DNA of 64,000 nt from Candidatus Omnitrophota bacterium (GTDB lineage Bacteria > Omnitrophota > Gorgyraeia > Gygaellales > Profunditerraquicolaceae), in contig JAHKAP010000024.1 of assembly GCA_018825985.1 (NCBI GenBank), forward strand, positions 3,095-67,094. Reading direction: 5' to 3'. Positions 20,355-28,165 of this stretch are shown piece by piece (position 1 is the stretch's first letter; each line of letters begins with the position of its first letter). The translations under genes were made by a program, and so were the position numbers. Under the pieces are notes generated by a model. The model made no database searches and was not told the DNA's origin. It saw only the letters and a list, made by a program, of their open reading frames with translations.

Positions 20355-21138
20355 TCACCTTCTTTGCGTCAGGAACTGATTTGCCCAGAAAACTCTTAGC
20401 CATACCGTTAAACCATTCGGGATTATCGCTAACATAAAATTGATGCCTGCCCCGATGGCTCTTTTTGTTCAACATATTCTCGCCGGATAAAATCTTCTTT
20501 ACTTCAATAGCTACCTGTTTGGCTGAATCAATCAAGGCCACTTTTTCTCCCATCACCTCTTCAATCACCGGCTTAAGCAAGGGATAATGGGTGCAACCTA
20601 AAATAACCGTGTCCACCCGGGCAAGTTTTAAAGGTTCCAGGTATTTTTTAACCACATCGATAACCACCTCACCTTTAGTCCACCCCTCCTCAACCAATGG
20701 GACAAATAAAGGACAAGCAACCGCGGTAACTTTAACTTCCGGATCAAGCTGCCGGATCTCGTTCTCATAGGTCCGGCTATTAACCGTACCCTTAGTTCCA
20801 ATCACGCCCACCCTCTTATTCTGAGTAGCGTAAACCGCCTCCCTTACCGCCGGAGTAATCACCCCAACCAGCGGCACCCGAAAATGATTTTTAATTTCCG
20901 GTAGGGCAACGCTGGAAACGGTATTACAGGCCACACAGATAAGTTTCACATTCTGCTTTAAAAGAAAAAGTATATTTTCGATCGAGAAACGTATAACGGT
21001 CTCCCTGGATTTAATTCCGTAAGGGACCCGGGCAGTATCGCCAAAATAAATTATATCTTCATTAGGGAGTTGACGGAACAACTCCTTGGCCACAGTTAAT
21101 CCGCCTACGCCAGAATCAAACACCCCTATCGGCTGCAT
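20344..21138 (-). CDS. murI: Glutamate racemase
   Basis: FDSGVGGLTV, ACNT, LGCTHYP. Confidence 0.97.
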   Translation of the reverse strand: MQPIGVFDSGVGGLTVAKELFRQLPNEDIIYFGDTARVPYGIKSRETVIRFSIENILFLLKQNVKLICVACNTVSSVALPEIKNHFRVPLVGVITPAVREAVYATQNKRVGVIGTKGTVNSRTYENEIRQLDPEVKVTAVACPLFVPLVEEGWTKGEVVIDVVKKYLEPLKLARVDTVILGCTHYPLLKPVIEEVMGEKVALIDSAKQVAIEVKKILSGENMLNKKSHRGRHQFYVSDNPEWFNGMAKSFLGKSVPDAKKVNGV

Positions 21139-21155
21139 GTGTTCTTCGCCTTTCT

Positions 21156-22217
21156 TTAATAATCCCGGGCGTAGTCTAAGATCGCATCCTTAATGCCCTG
21201 GGCTATTTTTTGCCGGTAATAACTATTCTTTAAAAAATTCTCTTCCCCGGAATTAGATAAAAAACCAACCTCAACCAATACCGCCGGAACTCGGGCTCCT
21301 TTTAAAACCTGAAAACGCGCGCCCTTTACCCCTAAAATTTTGCAATTTAAATCCCGCTGAACAACATTACAGATCAAACGGCCTAACCTTATAGATTCAG
21401 CCCGGTCATAGTTATAAATAATATCCCATAAGGTTGCCTTTAGGTTTAGCGTGGGCGTTGAATAAAAAGAATCGCCCAGGTTAAGCTTGGCATGCTCAGC
21501 CGCGTATAACGCCCGTCGGCTATCATCAATATCAAAAGCAGGATAATATACCTCAAATCCGGTAAGGCTCTTTACCCGGCTGGCATTGGAATGTACGCTG
21601 ACAAAAAGATCAGCCTGGGCATCATTAGCTATATTCACCCTGCGTTCAAGCGGGATAAAACTGTCGGTGGAACGGGTCATAATAACTTGAATGCCTTCTT
21701 GTTTTAAAAGCGTTCCCAATCGCTTGGCAATATCCAGATTTACATGCTTCTCCCGTGAACCTGTCCTACCTATGGCTCCGGGGTCATTACCGCCATGGCC
21801 GGCGTCAATGACAACTTTTTTTATCAACACAGTAGGCATAGTAATTTTCTTGAGCGGAATATATTCTTTAAACAAAGAGTCGAGTATCTGTCCTTTAAAA
21901 TTTAAAGGCACAACAACTGTCCCCTCGTAAATATCAACCGGATGTTTAAGATACTGCGCAACGCCATCCACCAAAACCATTTTTTCACCCAAACGCAAAT
22001 TTATTCTATGCTTATCCTTGCTCATCAGAATATTGCGGGTGATCAGATCATATTCCCAATTAATTCCTTTGGCGTCGCATAACGAAACTAAAGATAAATA
22101 GTCCACACCGTTAATGCTATAACCCGGCAACCCGCCTCTAGTAGCCACAGTAGCGCATCCGCAAAGATATAAAGTCAACAAAATAAAATATAAAGTATAT
22201 ATTTTTCTGGTAAACAT
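21156..22217 (-). CDS. N-acetylmuramoyl-L-alanine amidase (Amidase_3), probable lipoprotein
   Basis: IDAGHGGNDPG, FVSVHSN, VLVEVGFLSN; LCGC lipobox-like. Confidence 0.92.
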   Translation of the reverse strand: MFTRKIYTLYFILLTLYLCGCATVATRGGLPGYSINGVDYLSLVSLCDAKGINWEYDLITRNILMSKDKHRINLRLGEKMVLVDGVAQYLKHPVDIYEGTVVVPLNFKGQILDSLFKEYIPLKKITMPTVLIKKVVIDAGHGGNDPGAIGRTGSREKHVNLDIAKRLGTLLKQEGIQVIMTRSTDSFIPLERRVNIANDAQADLFVSVHSNASRVKSLTGFEVYYPAFDIDDSRRALYAAEHAKLNLGDSFYSTPTLNLKATLWDIIYNYDRAESIRLGRLICNVVQRDLNCKILGVKGARFQVLKGARVPAVLVEVGFLSNSGEENFLKNSYYRQKIAQGIKDAILDYARDY

Positions 22218-22290
22218 AAATAATTATATTAACTCACCAATATATAGATTAAACTTCCTGCTTTTTACTCCATTTAAATACATTCTTAAG

Positions 22291-22316
22291 GGGAAATCCC
22301 GCGAGCGGTATTTCCC
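22291..22316 (-). terminator. Hairpin just downstream of tmRNA, possible terminator or processing signal
   Basis: gggaaat-c-ccgc-ga-gcgg-t-atttccc; no strong U-tract. Confidence 0.4.
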
Positions 22317-22341
22317 GTAGATTTTGGTGGAGGTGGCGGGA

Positions 22342-22978
22342 CACTTATCTACCTGTTTTCCAAGTAGCGTGGACTATCTCTTCGCCCGATAATATACCGG
22401 GAGCCTGGCGTATTATAAGAAGCATAATTTTACCGTTGGTTTAACTCTCTAATCTTAGCCACCAGCTTCATCTTATCACTAAGCATCTTTGGAGTATATT
22501 TACCTGCTCGATGAGTCACAGATTTATACTTTTCTAATATCAAAGTTGCTTGTGGCTTCTTTACGATTAGATATTTAACTATTTCCCCGAGAAAGCATAA
22601 TGCCCTGTCTTGACGAACAGACCATGCAAAAGAATCATTATGTTGAGGTTTGTATTTTTTCTTTGAACAAACTAATCCTCCGCACCTATATTTAATCCAC
22701 TGCAAGAGTTTTAGATTATTATTTGCAATAGAAACATAGGGTATAGGAGTTTCATTCTTATGATGTTTCATAAGCGTTACTGTGCCCTCGCCATCAACAA
22801 TTCCTGCTAAATTAGCTTTCTCAGATTCTTCCAACGGTATCACCTCCTATCTCCTCAATTGAGGAAGTCTCTGCAGGGCTTTCACCCCTCAGGATTACCC
22901 TCGCATTTGCGTTTGGGTTTCCCTGATGTAAGCCAGGTTTTTCATTCCGGATTACTCCGGAAGTCGACCTTAATACTG
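22342..22978 (-). mobile_element. Group I self-splicing intron (IA-like layout) in the tmRNA T-loop
   Basis: P1 UCGAU|C pairs with GGUCGA giving U.G at the splice site; P2 with GUAA loop; P3 CCTGGC/GCCAGG; P4 TCAGG/CCTGA; R GCAGAGACT; S AAGAGATAGTCC; P8; P9; terminal omega-G at 22342. Confidence 0.92.
22430..22843 (-). CDS. Intron-encoded single-motif LAGLIDADG homing endonuclease
   Basis: LAGIVDGEG motif near the N-terminus, later YLIVKKPQA; 137 aa; AT-rich; lies between P7 and P3' of the intron. Confidence 0.9.
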   Translation of the reverse strand: MIPLEESEKANLAGIVDGEGTVTLMKHHKNETPIPYVSIANNNLKLLQWIKYRCGGLVCSKKKYKPQHNDSFAWSVRQDRALCFLGEIVKYLIVKKPQATLILEKYKSVTHRAGKYTPKMLSDKMKLVAKIRELNQR

Positions 22979-23188
22979 ATCGAACCCGCGTCCCTAGATA
23001 ACTGAATAAAAGCCGCTACATGCTTAGCCCCGTATTTTTTGCTTACTACTGCAGCTCCTGCGGGGCAGGATTTGCAGTCCGCGGCCTTTTTGAATCTCGC
23101 TTCGGCCCCAAAGGCTAATTTACCAAAGCCAGCCTGCTTGGGCATCCTTTTACCTCGCAGGCTAAGATAAAAGGATGGCTTCGCTAAA

Positions 23189-23272
23189 TTAGTTAGCGAA
23201 GGCTGGGACCAAACCCATACCCATGGGCATAGCCATAGGCGCTGGTTTAGTAAACGCTATTCTGTTATTTGC
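23189..23272 (-). other. tmRNA tag reading frame: (A)ANNRIAFTKPAPMAMPMGMGLVPAFAN*
   Basis: ATAAAC-GCA resume context; stop codon in the loop of the CTTCGCTAA/TTAGCGAAG hairpin (H5). Confidence 0.8.
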
Positions 23273-23369
23273 GTTTATATTGTGCAAGGATTATTAACGC
23301 GGCCAACCTTGCGTCCGCGGCATGCTGCCGTTACCCTAATCACCTAAGTCGAACCCTTTCACCCCCCTT

Positions 23370-23822
23370 TTATTTTCTTCTGTTCCTGATCGCCCGACGG
23401 ACAGCCAAATCCGTCTCCCGGCGTTTTATATCTTCTCTTTTATCGTAATGTTTCTTGCCCTTAGCCAAAGCCAGTTCAACTTTAACCAAGCCTTTATCAT
23501 TGAAATAAATCTTTAAAGGAACCAGGGTACATCCCCGCTGGATGACCTGGCCCATTAATTTACTAATCTGCTTACGATGAAGCAAGAGCCTGCGCACCCG
23601 GGTTGGCTCAACATTTAAATAACTGGCCTGGGCATAAGGGCTGATATGAAGATTGTATAAAATTACTTCGTTCTTATCGATTCGGGCAAAACTATCTTTG
23701 AGGTTTACCCGGCCATCCCGGGCTGATTTTACTTCGCTCCCCTTTAATTCTATTCCGCACTCCAGGGCCTCCAGAATATCATAATCCCTGAATCCCTCGC
23801 GGTTAGTAGCTATCATTTTCAT
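23370..23822 (-). CDS. smpB: SsrA-binding protein
   Basis: GIELKGSEVKS, RRLLLH, GKKHYDKRE. Confidence 0.98.
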   Translation of the reverse strand: MKMIATNREGFRDYDILEALECGIELKGSEVKSARDGRVNLKDSFARIDKNEVILYNLHISPYAQASYLNVEPTRVRRLLLHRKQISKLMGQVIQRGCTLVPLKIYFNDKGLVKVELALAKGKKHYDKREDIKRRETDLAVRRAIRNRRK

Positions 23823-24775
23823 TTTAACATGAATTTCATAAAATATAAACTCAGGAATACCGGCACAGTCACAAGGCTTGCGATATGCCCAAAGAATATG
23901 CCCTGGCTTACAATCAAATCCTCTTTCTTATAATGATTCAAGATCACTGACAAGTTGGTAGCCGGAGGCATAGCTGACTGCAATACTATTAATAATCCTA
24001 AAGGCGAAGGCAGGTTAAACTGCCAGACCAGCCATAAACCCAGAGCAGGTAAAATCACCAATTTAGCCATAACCATGGCTGAAATTAATTTTTTTTCTAC
24101 TTTCCTTAAATGAATAGCCGCGATATTGCCTCCAACCACAAAAGTAGCCAAAGGCAAAGTGCAATCTCCGGTGATCCCCAAAGGCTTTATGATAACCTCC
24201 GGGATGAACCGGGATAAATTTAAAGCTACAACCGCCAGCCCTAAAAAAGTAGCGATTACCGGAGGGCTGAATAAACTCTGCCATTCAAATTTCTTGTCTT
24301 TGTGAAAAGTCAAGATGTAAACCCCGAAAGAAAAAAGCAAAAGATTAAATCCCAAAAGGAACAAGAATAAATAAATGAACATCGTGCTTAAGCGCTCGCC
24401 CTGGAGCAACGAAGCAACCAGGACCAACGGAAGGTATCCGGAATTTTGAAAAGCTACCAGGCTTAAAAACTGCAGTTTATGCTGCAGGCCCTTTACAAAC
24501 CCGCTAAAGATCAAGCCAACCAATAAACCGGCAATAGTTATGCCTACGCTTATTAAGGGAAAAACCCACCAATCAGGATAAAGGTGAAAACTAAAATCTT
24601 TGATCAACCGGTAAAAAATAAAAACTGGCATGGTTACCTCAATAACCAAACGGCTTAAAGCGTACAATCCCTCTTCTCCTAAGATATTACGTTTGATCAG
24701 AAAATAACCGATCAGACCAAGTATAAAACTCTGTCCGACACCCGAGACAATAATTTTAAATGACTCCTGGAACAC
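23819..24775 (-). CDS. AEC (auxin efflux carrier) family transporter
   Basis: About 10 TM helices; FQNSGYLP, QSAMPPA motifs. Confidence 0.85.
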   Translation of the reverse strand: MFQESFKIIVSGVGQSFILGLIGYFLIKRNILGEEGLYALSRLVIEVTMPVFIFYRLIKDFSFHLYPDWWVFPLISVGITIAGLLVGLIFSGFVKGLQHKLQFLSLVAFQNSGYLPLVLVASLLQGERLSTMFIYLFLFLLGFNLLLFSFGVYILTFHKDKKFEWQSLFSPPVIATFLGLAVVALNLSRFIPEVIIKPLGITGDCTLPLATFVVGGNIAAIHLRKVEKKLISAMVMAKLVILPALGLWLVWQFNLPSPLGLLIVLQSAMPPATNLSVILNHYKKEDLIVSQGIFFGHIASLVTVPVFLSLYFMKFMLK

Positions 24776-24848
24776 AATATCCCCCTATTTTGTAAACTTA
24801 TATTATAACAACAAAAAAATAGCGCCGCAATGCTTTTATACGAATGCA

Positions 24849-24877
24849 TTGACAGGGCAATAAGTCTAATATATACT
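24849..24877 (+). promoter_or_regulatory. Sigma70 promoter of tRNA-Leu
   Basis: TTGACA-17 nt-TATACT. Confidence 0.75.
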
Positions 24878-24892
24878 TGATGTTGGAATTTT

Positions 24893-24973
24893 GCGGAAGT
24901 GGCGGAATGGCATACGCGCACGTCTCAGAAGCGTGTGGGGTAACCCTTGAGGGTTCAACTCCCTCCTTCCGCA
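24893..24973 (+). tRNA. tRNA-Leu(CAG)
   Basis: GCGGAAG/CTTCCGC acceptor, CACGT-CTCAGAA-GCGTG anticodon arm, long variable arm, GGTTCAACTCC T arm, discriminator A. Confidence 0.92.
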
Positions 24974-25036
24974 CTAAATTGTAAGATTAATCTTAACTAA
25001 TTACGTTTATGTGTTAAGAAAATAAAAAACTGTTTT

Positions 25037-25738
25037 TTAATTAACCCGCAGGAATAAAATCAATGCCATGGCCTCCCAGATCATACCCAATGAGAATTTA
25101 GATTTTCCCTTGTTCCTTTTTAAAAAAACAATAGGAATTTCTTTAAACCTACACCCCCTGCGGCCGAGAAGATAATTCATCTCCGCCTGGAAGAAAAATC
25201 CCCTACTCCTAATCTTATTAAAATTAATATTTTTTAACACTGCAGCCTTAAAGCATTTATAACCGCTTAAAACATCTCTTATCTTGACGCCAAGCATAAA
25301 CCTGGTTAAACCAGCCCCGATTATGCTGATACACGGCCTAAATAAACCACGCAAACATGAACTGCCGCCGGAAATATACCGCGAGCCGATAACTACATCA
25401 AATGACTCCGCCTGCTTAAGCATCTCCGGAATATGCGCCGGGTTGTGGGAAAGATCAGCATCCATCTGGATTATATGCTCCGGGTCCATCTCCAGGGCTT
25501 TTTCAAATCCCCGGACATAGGCCAGGGCAATGCCTTCTTTCTCCTTCTTAATTAAGTAGATTCTCTTGTCATATTTGGCGATATTTTCGATTAGCCCGGA
25601 TGTGCCATCCGGAGAATTATCATCGACAAACAAAACTATCAAATCATTATCAACCTCAAATATCCTATTTATGAGATCCGAAATATTTTCTCTTTCATTA
25701 TAGGTAGGAATAACTACAATGGTCTTCCCAGGTATCAT
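25037..25738 (-). CDS. Polyprenol monophosphomannose synthase-like GT2
   Basis: PTYNERENI, VDDNSPDGT, QMDADLSH, VIGSRY. Confidence 0.88.
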   Translation of the reverse strand: MIPGKTIVVIPTYNERENISDLINRIFEVDNDLIVLFVDDNSPDGTSGLIENIAKYDKRIYLIKKEKEGIALAYVRGFEKALEMDPEHIIQMDADLSHNPAHIPEMLKQAESFDVVIGSRYISGGSSCLRGLFRPCISIIGAGLTRFMLGVKIRDVLSGYKCFKAAVLKNINFNKIRSRGFFFQAEMNYLLGRRGCRFKEIPIVFLKRNKGKSKFSLGMIWEAMALILFLRVN

Positions 25739-25749
25739 TATCCGGGTTC

Positions 25750-26718
25750 CTAAATGGCTTCCATGGTTGAAGGCGGCTTAGAAGTAATATTATAGGTGAC
25801 ACTGACCACGCCGGGGACAACGTTAGTTATCCTCTGAGCCAATTTAGTCAGCGTAGAATAAGGCAAATTAGTAGGAATAGCCCTACGGGCATCAATACTA
25901 TCCCAGCAGCGGATCTCGATCTGTAAACCAAAATTCCTTTTGCCGCTACGCATGCCGGTTACCCTGTCATTATGTAAAATCGCCATATATTGGAAAGCCT
26001 TAATCGGCCGCAATTCCTCCTCCGTAATGGCGGTTGCCAGCCTTACTATTTTTATTTTCTCCGGATTTACTTCACCGATAACCCTGGCTGCTAAAGCCGG
26101 TCCGGGAAAAGGCATACGATTATATACCGACTCCGGCAAACCGCAGGCCTTAGCTATCATCCTCACTCCATCTTTGCGTAATTGAACCAAAGGCTCAATA
26201 ATCTTATAACCAAAGGCTTTCTGGGGATCAATGCCAAGTTGTTCAAAAACATTGTGCTGCCGTTTTATCCCGGCAACTGTTTCATCCACGTCAGTAAGAA
26301 TTGTCCCCTGCAAAAGATATTTCGCCTTGCTCTGCCTGACCAGCTTGCCAAATACGTCTTTATAAAAAGTCTGGGTAATAGCCTCCCGTTTTTTTTCAGG
26401 ATCAGTTATCCCCCGTAAGCTAAAAAAGAATTTATCCCGGGCATCCAATATTTTAACAGTTACCCCCAGCTTTTTAAATATAGCTACGATCTTCGCGGGT
26501 TCGCCTTCGCGCATTATTCCGTTATTAATAAAGTAGGTCTTTAAGTTATTTCCTAGAGCCTTATGGCCCAACATAGTAACCGCGGAAGAATCAACGCCTC
26601 CGGACAAAGCGTTAATAACTAAACCATCTCCTACAATATCCTTAATCCCTCCGGCCTTCTGACAGATAAATTTCTTAGCATCTAAATCTTTAAGTTTAAT
26701 CTCTTTAATTTTCTCCAC
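25750..26718 (-). CDS. GMP synthase ATP-pyrophosphatase subunit (no glutaminase domain)
   Basis: ALSGGVDS PP-loop, LLQGTI, IKRQHNV, PFPGPALAARV, KPPSTME. Confidence 0.88.
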   Translation of the reverse strand: MEKIKEIKLKDLDAKKFICQKAGGIKDIVGDGLVINALSGGVDSSAVTMLGHKALGNNLKTYFINNGIMREGEPAKIVAIFKKLGVTVKILDARDKFFFSLRGITDPEKKREAITQTFYKDVFGKLVRQSKAKYLLQGTILTDVDETVAGIKRQHNVFEQLGIDPQKAFGYKIIEPLVQLRKDGVRMIAKACGLPESVYNRMPFPGPALAARVIGEVNPEKIKIVRLATAITEEELRPIKAFQYMAILHNDRVTGMRSGKRNFGLQIEIRCWDSIDARRAIPTNLPYSTLTKLAQRITNVVPGVVSVTYNITSKPPSTMEAI

Positions 26719-26734
26719 TTCATCCTCCTTTTTT

Positions 26735-27067
26735 TTAAGACCTGATCATGGTTAAGATCATTTTAAACCGTTGTAAGGCCTTCACAGAGTGCGGTTTATT
26801 CGCCGGCATAATAATCATCGCGCCTTTTTTTAGGTTAAACGGCTTACCCGCAATATATATCCGGGCGGTTCCTTCAATAACATAAATCAGGGCGTCAAAC
26901 GGCGCGGTATGCTCACTTAAGCCCTGACCCTTATCAAAAGCGAAAAACGTGACTGTGCCGATTTTTTTATCGATTATGGTCCGGCTGACAATAGATTTTT
27001 TTTCATATCCAGCCAGATCAACAAATTGGATAACCCTGGATCTTATATCTTTCAATATTTTAACCAT
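26735..27067 (-). CDS. Cupin domain protein
   Basis: FAFDKGQGLSEHTAPFDA, MPANKPH. Confidence 0.9.
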   Translation of the reverse strand: MVKILKDIRSRVIQFVDLAGYEKKSIVSRTIIDKKIGTVTFFAFDKGQGLSEHTAPFDALIYVIEGTARIYIAGKPFNLKKGAMIIMPANKPHSVKALQRFKMILTMIRS

Positions 27068-28165
27068 TTATTCACCTTTCCTATCAGTCAATTCCATCTT
27101 ACTAACAATCCCCCGGTAGGCTGAGAAAGCCGGTTTTCTGGAAAAATCCCAACGGACCAGGCCTAAATAATCGGTTCCGTTTTTCCAGTGTTCTTTGCAA
27201 TCCCGGAAAAATGCCCAAAAGACCTTTTCTACATAACCCAGCCTTAATAATTCAGTATATACATCCTTGACCCACTGAGCCTGCTGACGCAGGCTAGGAT
27301 TACTGCCCATCCACCAGGAAGCTACTCTTGAGCCTCTATTTACTCCGGGGGAACCTATTTCAGTAACCCAGATCTTTTTATTTCCATCTCCATTCCTCTT
27401 CATAATCTTATAAACCAGCTTAGGGTAAGCGGATATCCTTTTTACTGCGCCCGGATTTAAGGGTGATTCAAATATATGTAAATTCAGAATATCAAAATAA
27501 TCTTTGGCTTTATTATCATACAGATTATTTACGCTGGAGGCGCCTTTAGCAAATCCTCCATTTAAAATCTTGCATTCCGGATCTACCTTCTTCAAAGCCA
27601 GGTAAACATCTTTAAGCAATAGACAATAACTTTTTAAGCCATCCTGGGGCTGCCAATATATATGGGAATCCGGCTCATTCCAGATCTCCCAATATTTTAT
27701 CTGATCTTTATAACGTTTGACAACCAAGCAGGCGTATTTAACAAATAATTCATTATGCTCTGGAGGCGAATTCCATTTTCCGCAGATAGATGCCCAGCTT
27801 GCGCAATAATTCAAAAGTCCGAGTATCTTTATATTATTTTTAATCAGTAGATCGACTATTTTATCGTATTTTTCAAAATCGAACTTATCCGGCTGAGGCT
27901 CAATATCCTCCCACAAAAAATCCATCCTTACCCAGCCAATACCAGCCTCTTTCATTAAGCTTACGGCTTTGAACAAGTCTGCATCAGAGGCGTATTTATA
28001 ATTGTTCCAATCGTGGTTCCAGTGCAAAAATTCCAGTACGCCGAAAGGATTATCTTGATTATCTTTTATTATGCCCGCATTTGCCATTTTATTATCATTT
28101 TTAAACCCCGTATTAGAACATATTAACATCAACATAATCACCCATGAGATCCACCTATTGTCCAT
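27068..28165 (-). CDS. Secreted clan GH-A glycoside hydrolase (GH39/GH5-like)
   Basis: Signal peptide; WEIWNEPD acid/base and IWVTEIG nucleophile motifs. Confidence 0.8.
   Translation of the reverse strand: MDNRWISWVIMLMLICSNTGFKNDNKMANAGIIKDNQDNPFGVLEFLHWNHDWNNYKYASDADLFKAVSLMKEAGIGWVRMDFLWEDIEPQPDKFDFEKYDKIVDLLIKNNIKILGLLNYCASWASICGKWNSPPEHNELFVKYACLVVKRYKDQIKYWEIWNEPDSHIYWQPQDGLKSYCLLLKDVYLALKKVDPECKILNGGFAKGASSVNNLYDNKAKDYFDILNLHIFESPLNPGAVKRISAYPKLVYKIMKRNGDGNKKIWVTEIGSPGVNRGSRVASWWMGSNPSLRQQAQWVKDVYTELLRLGYVEKVFWAFFRDCKEHWKNGTDYLGLVRWDFSRKPAFSAYRGIVSKMELTDRKGE

Larger units (their letters stand above)
22325..23366 (-). ncRNA. ssrA: tmRNA, split by a group I intron (exon 1 23366-22979, exon 2 22341-22325)
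   Basis: 5' GGGGGTGAAAGGGTTCGAC; 3' TCCCGCCACCTCCACCA; acceptor stem with G3.U70; tag ORF 23272-23189; starts 3 nt after the smpB stop; spliced T arm GCGGG-TTCGATT-CCCGC; about 405 nt mature. Confidence 0.95.

Noticed and set aside
18143-21155. preQ1 riboswitch, or a dpd DNA-modification island around queDCEF
   Set aside because: queD overlaps murI leaving no leader, no preQ1 aptamer seen, and no dpdA/tgt paralogue nearby; ordinary queuosine pathway
22325-22978. Integrative element or prophage remnant at the tmRNA 3' end, or a two-piece permuted tmRNA
   Set aside because: No integrase, the 3' end is displaced rather than duplicated, the pieces are in normal order, and the insert has a complete group I core
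22942-23145. 67-aa ORF in the ORF track
   Set aside because: Lies inside tmRNA exon 1 and the intron 5' end; spurious
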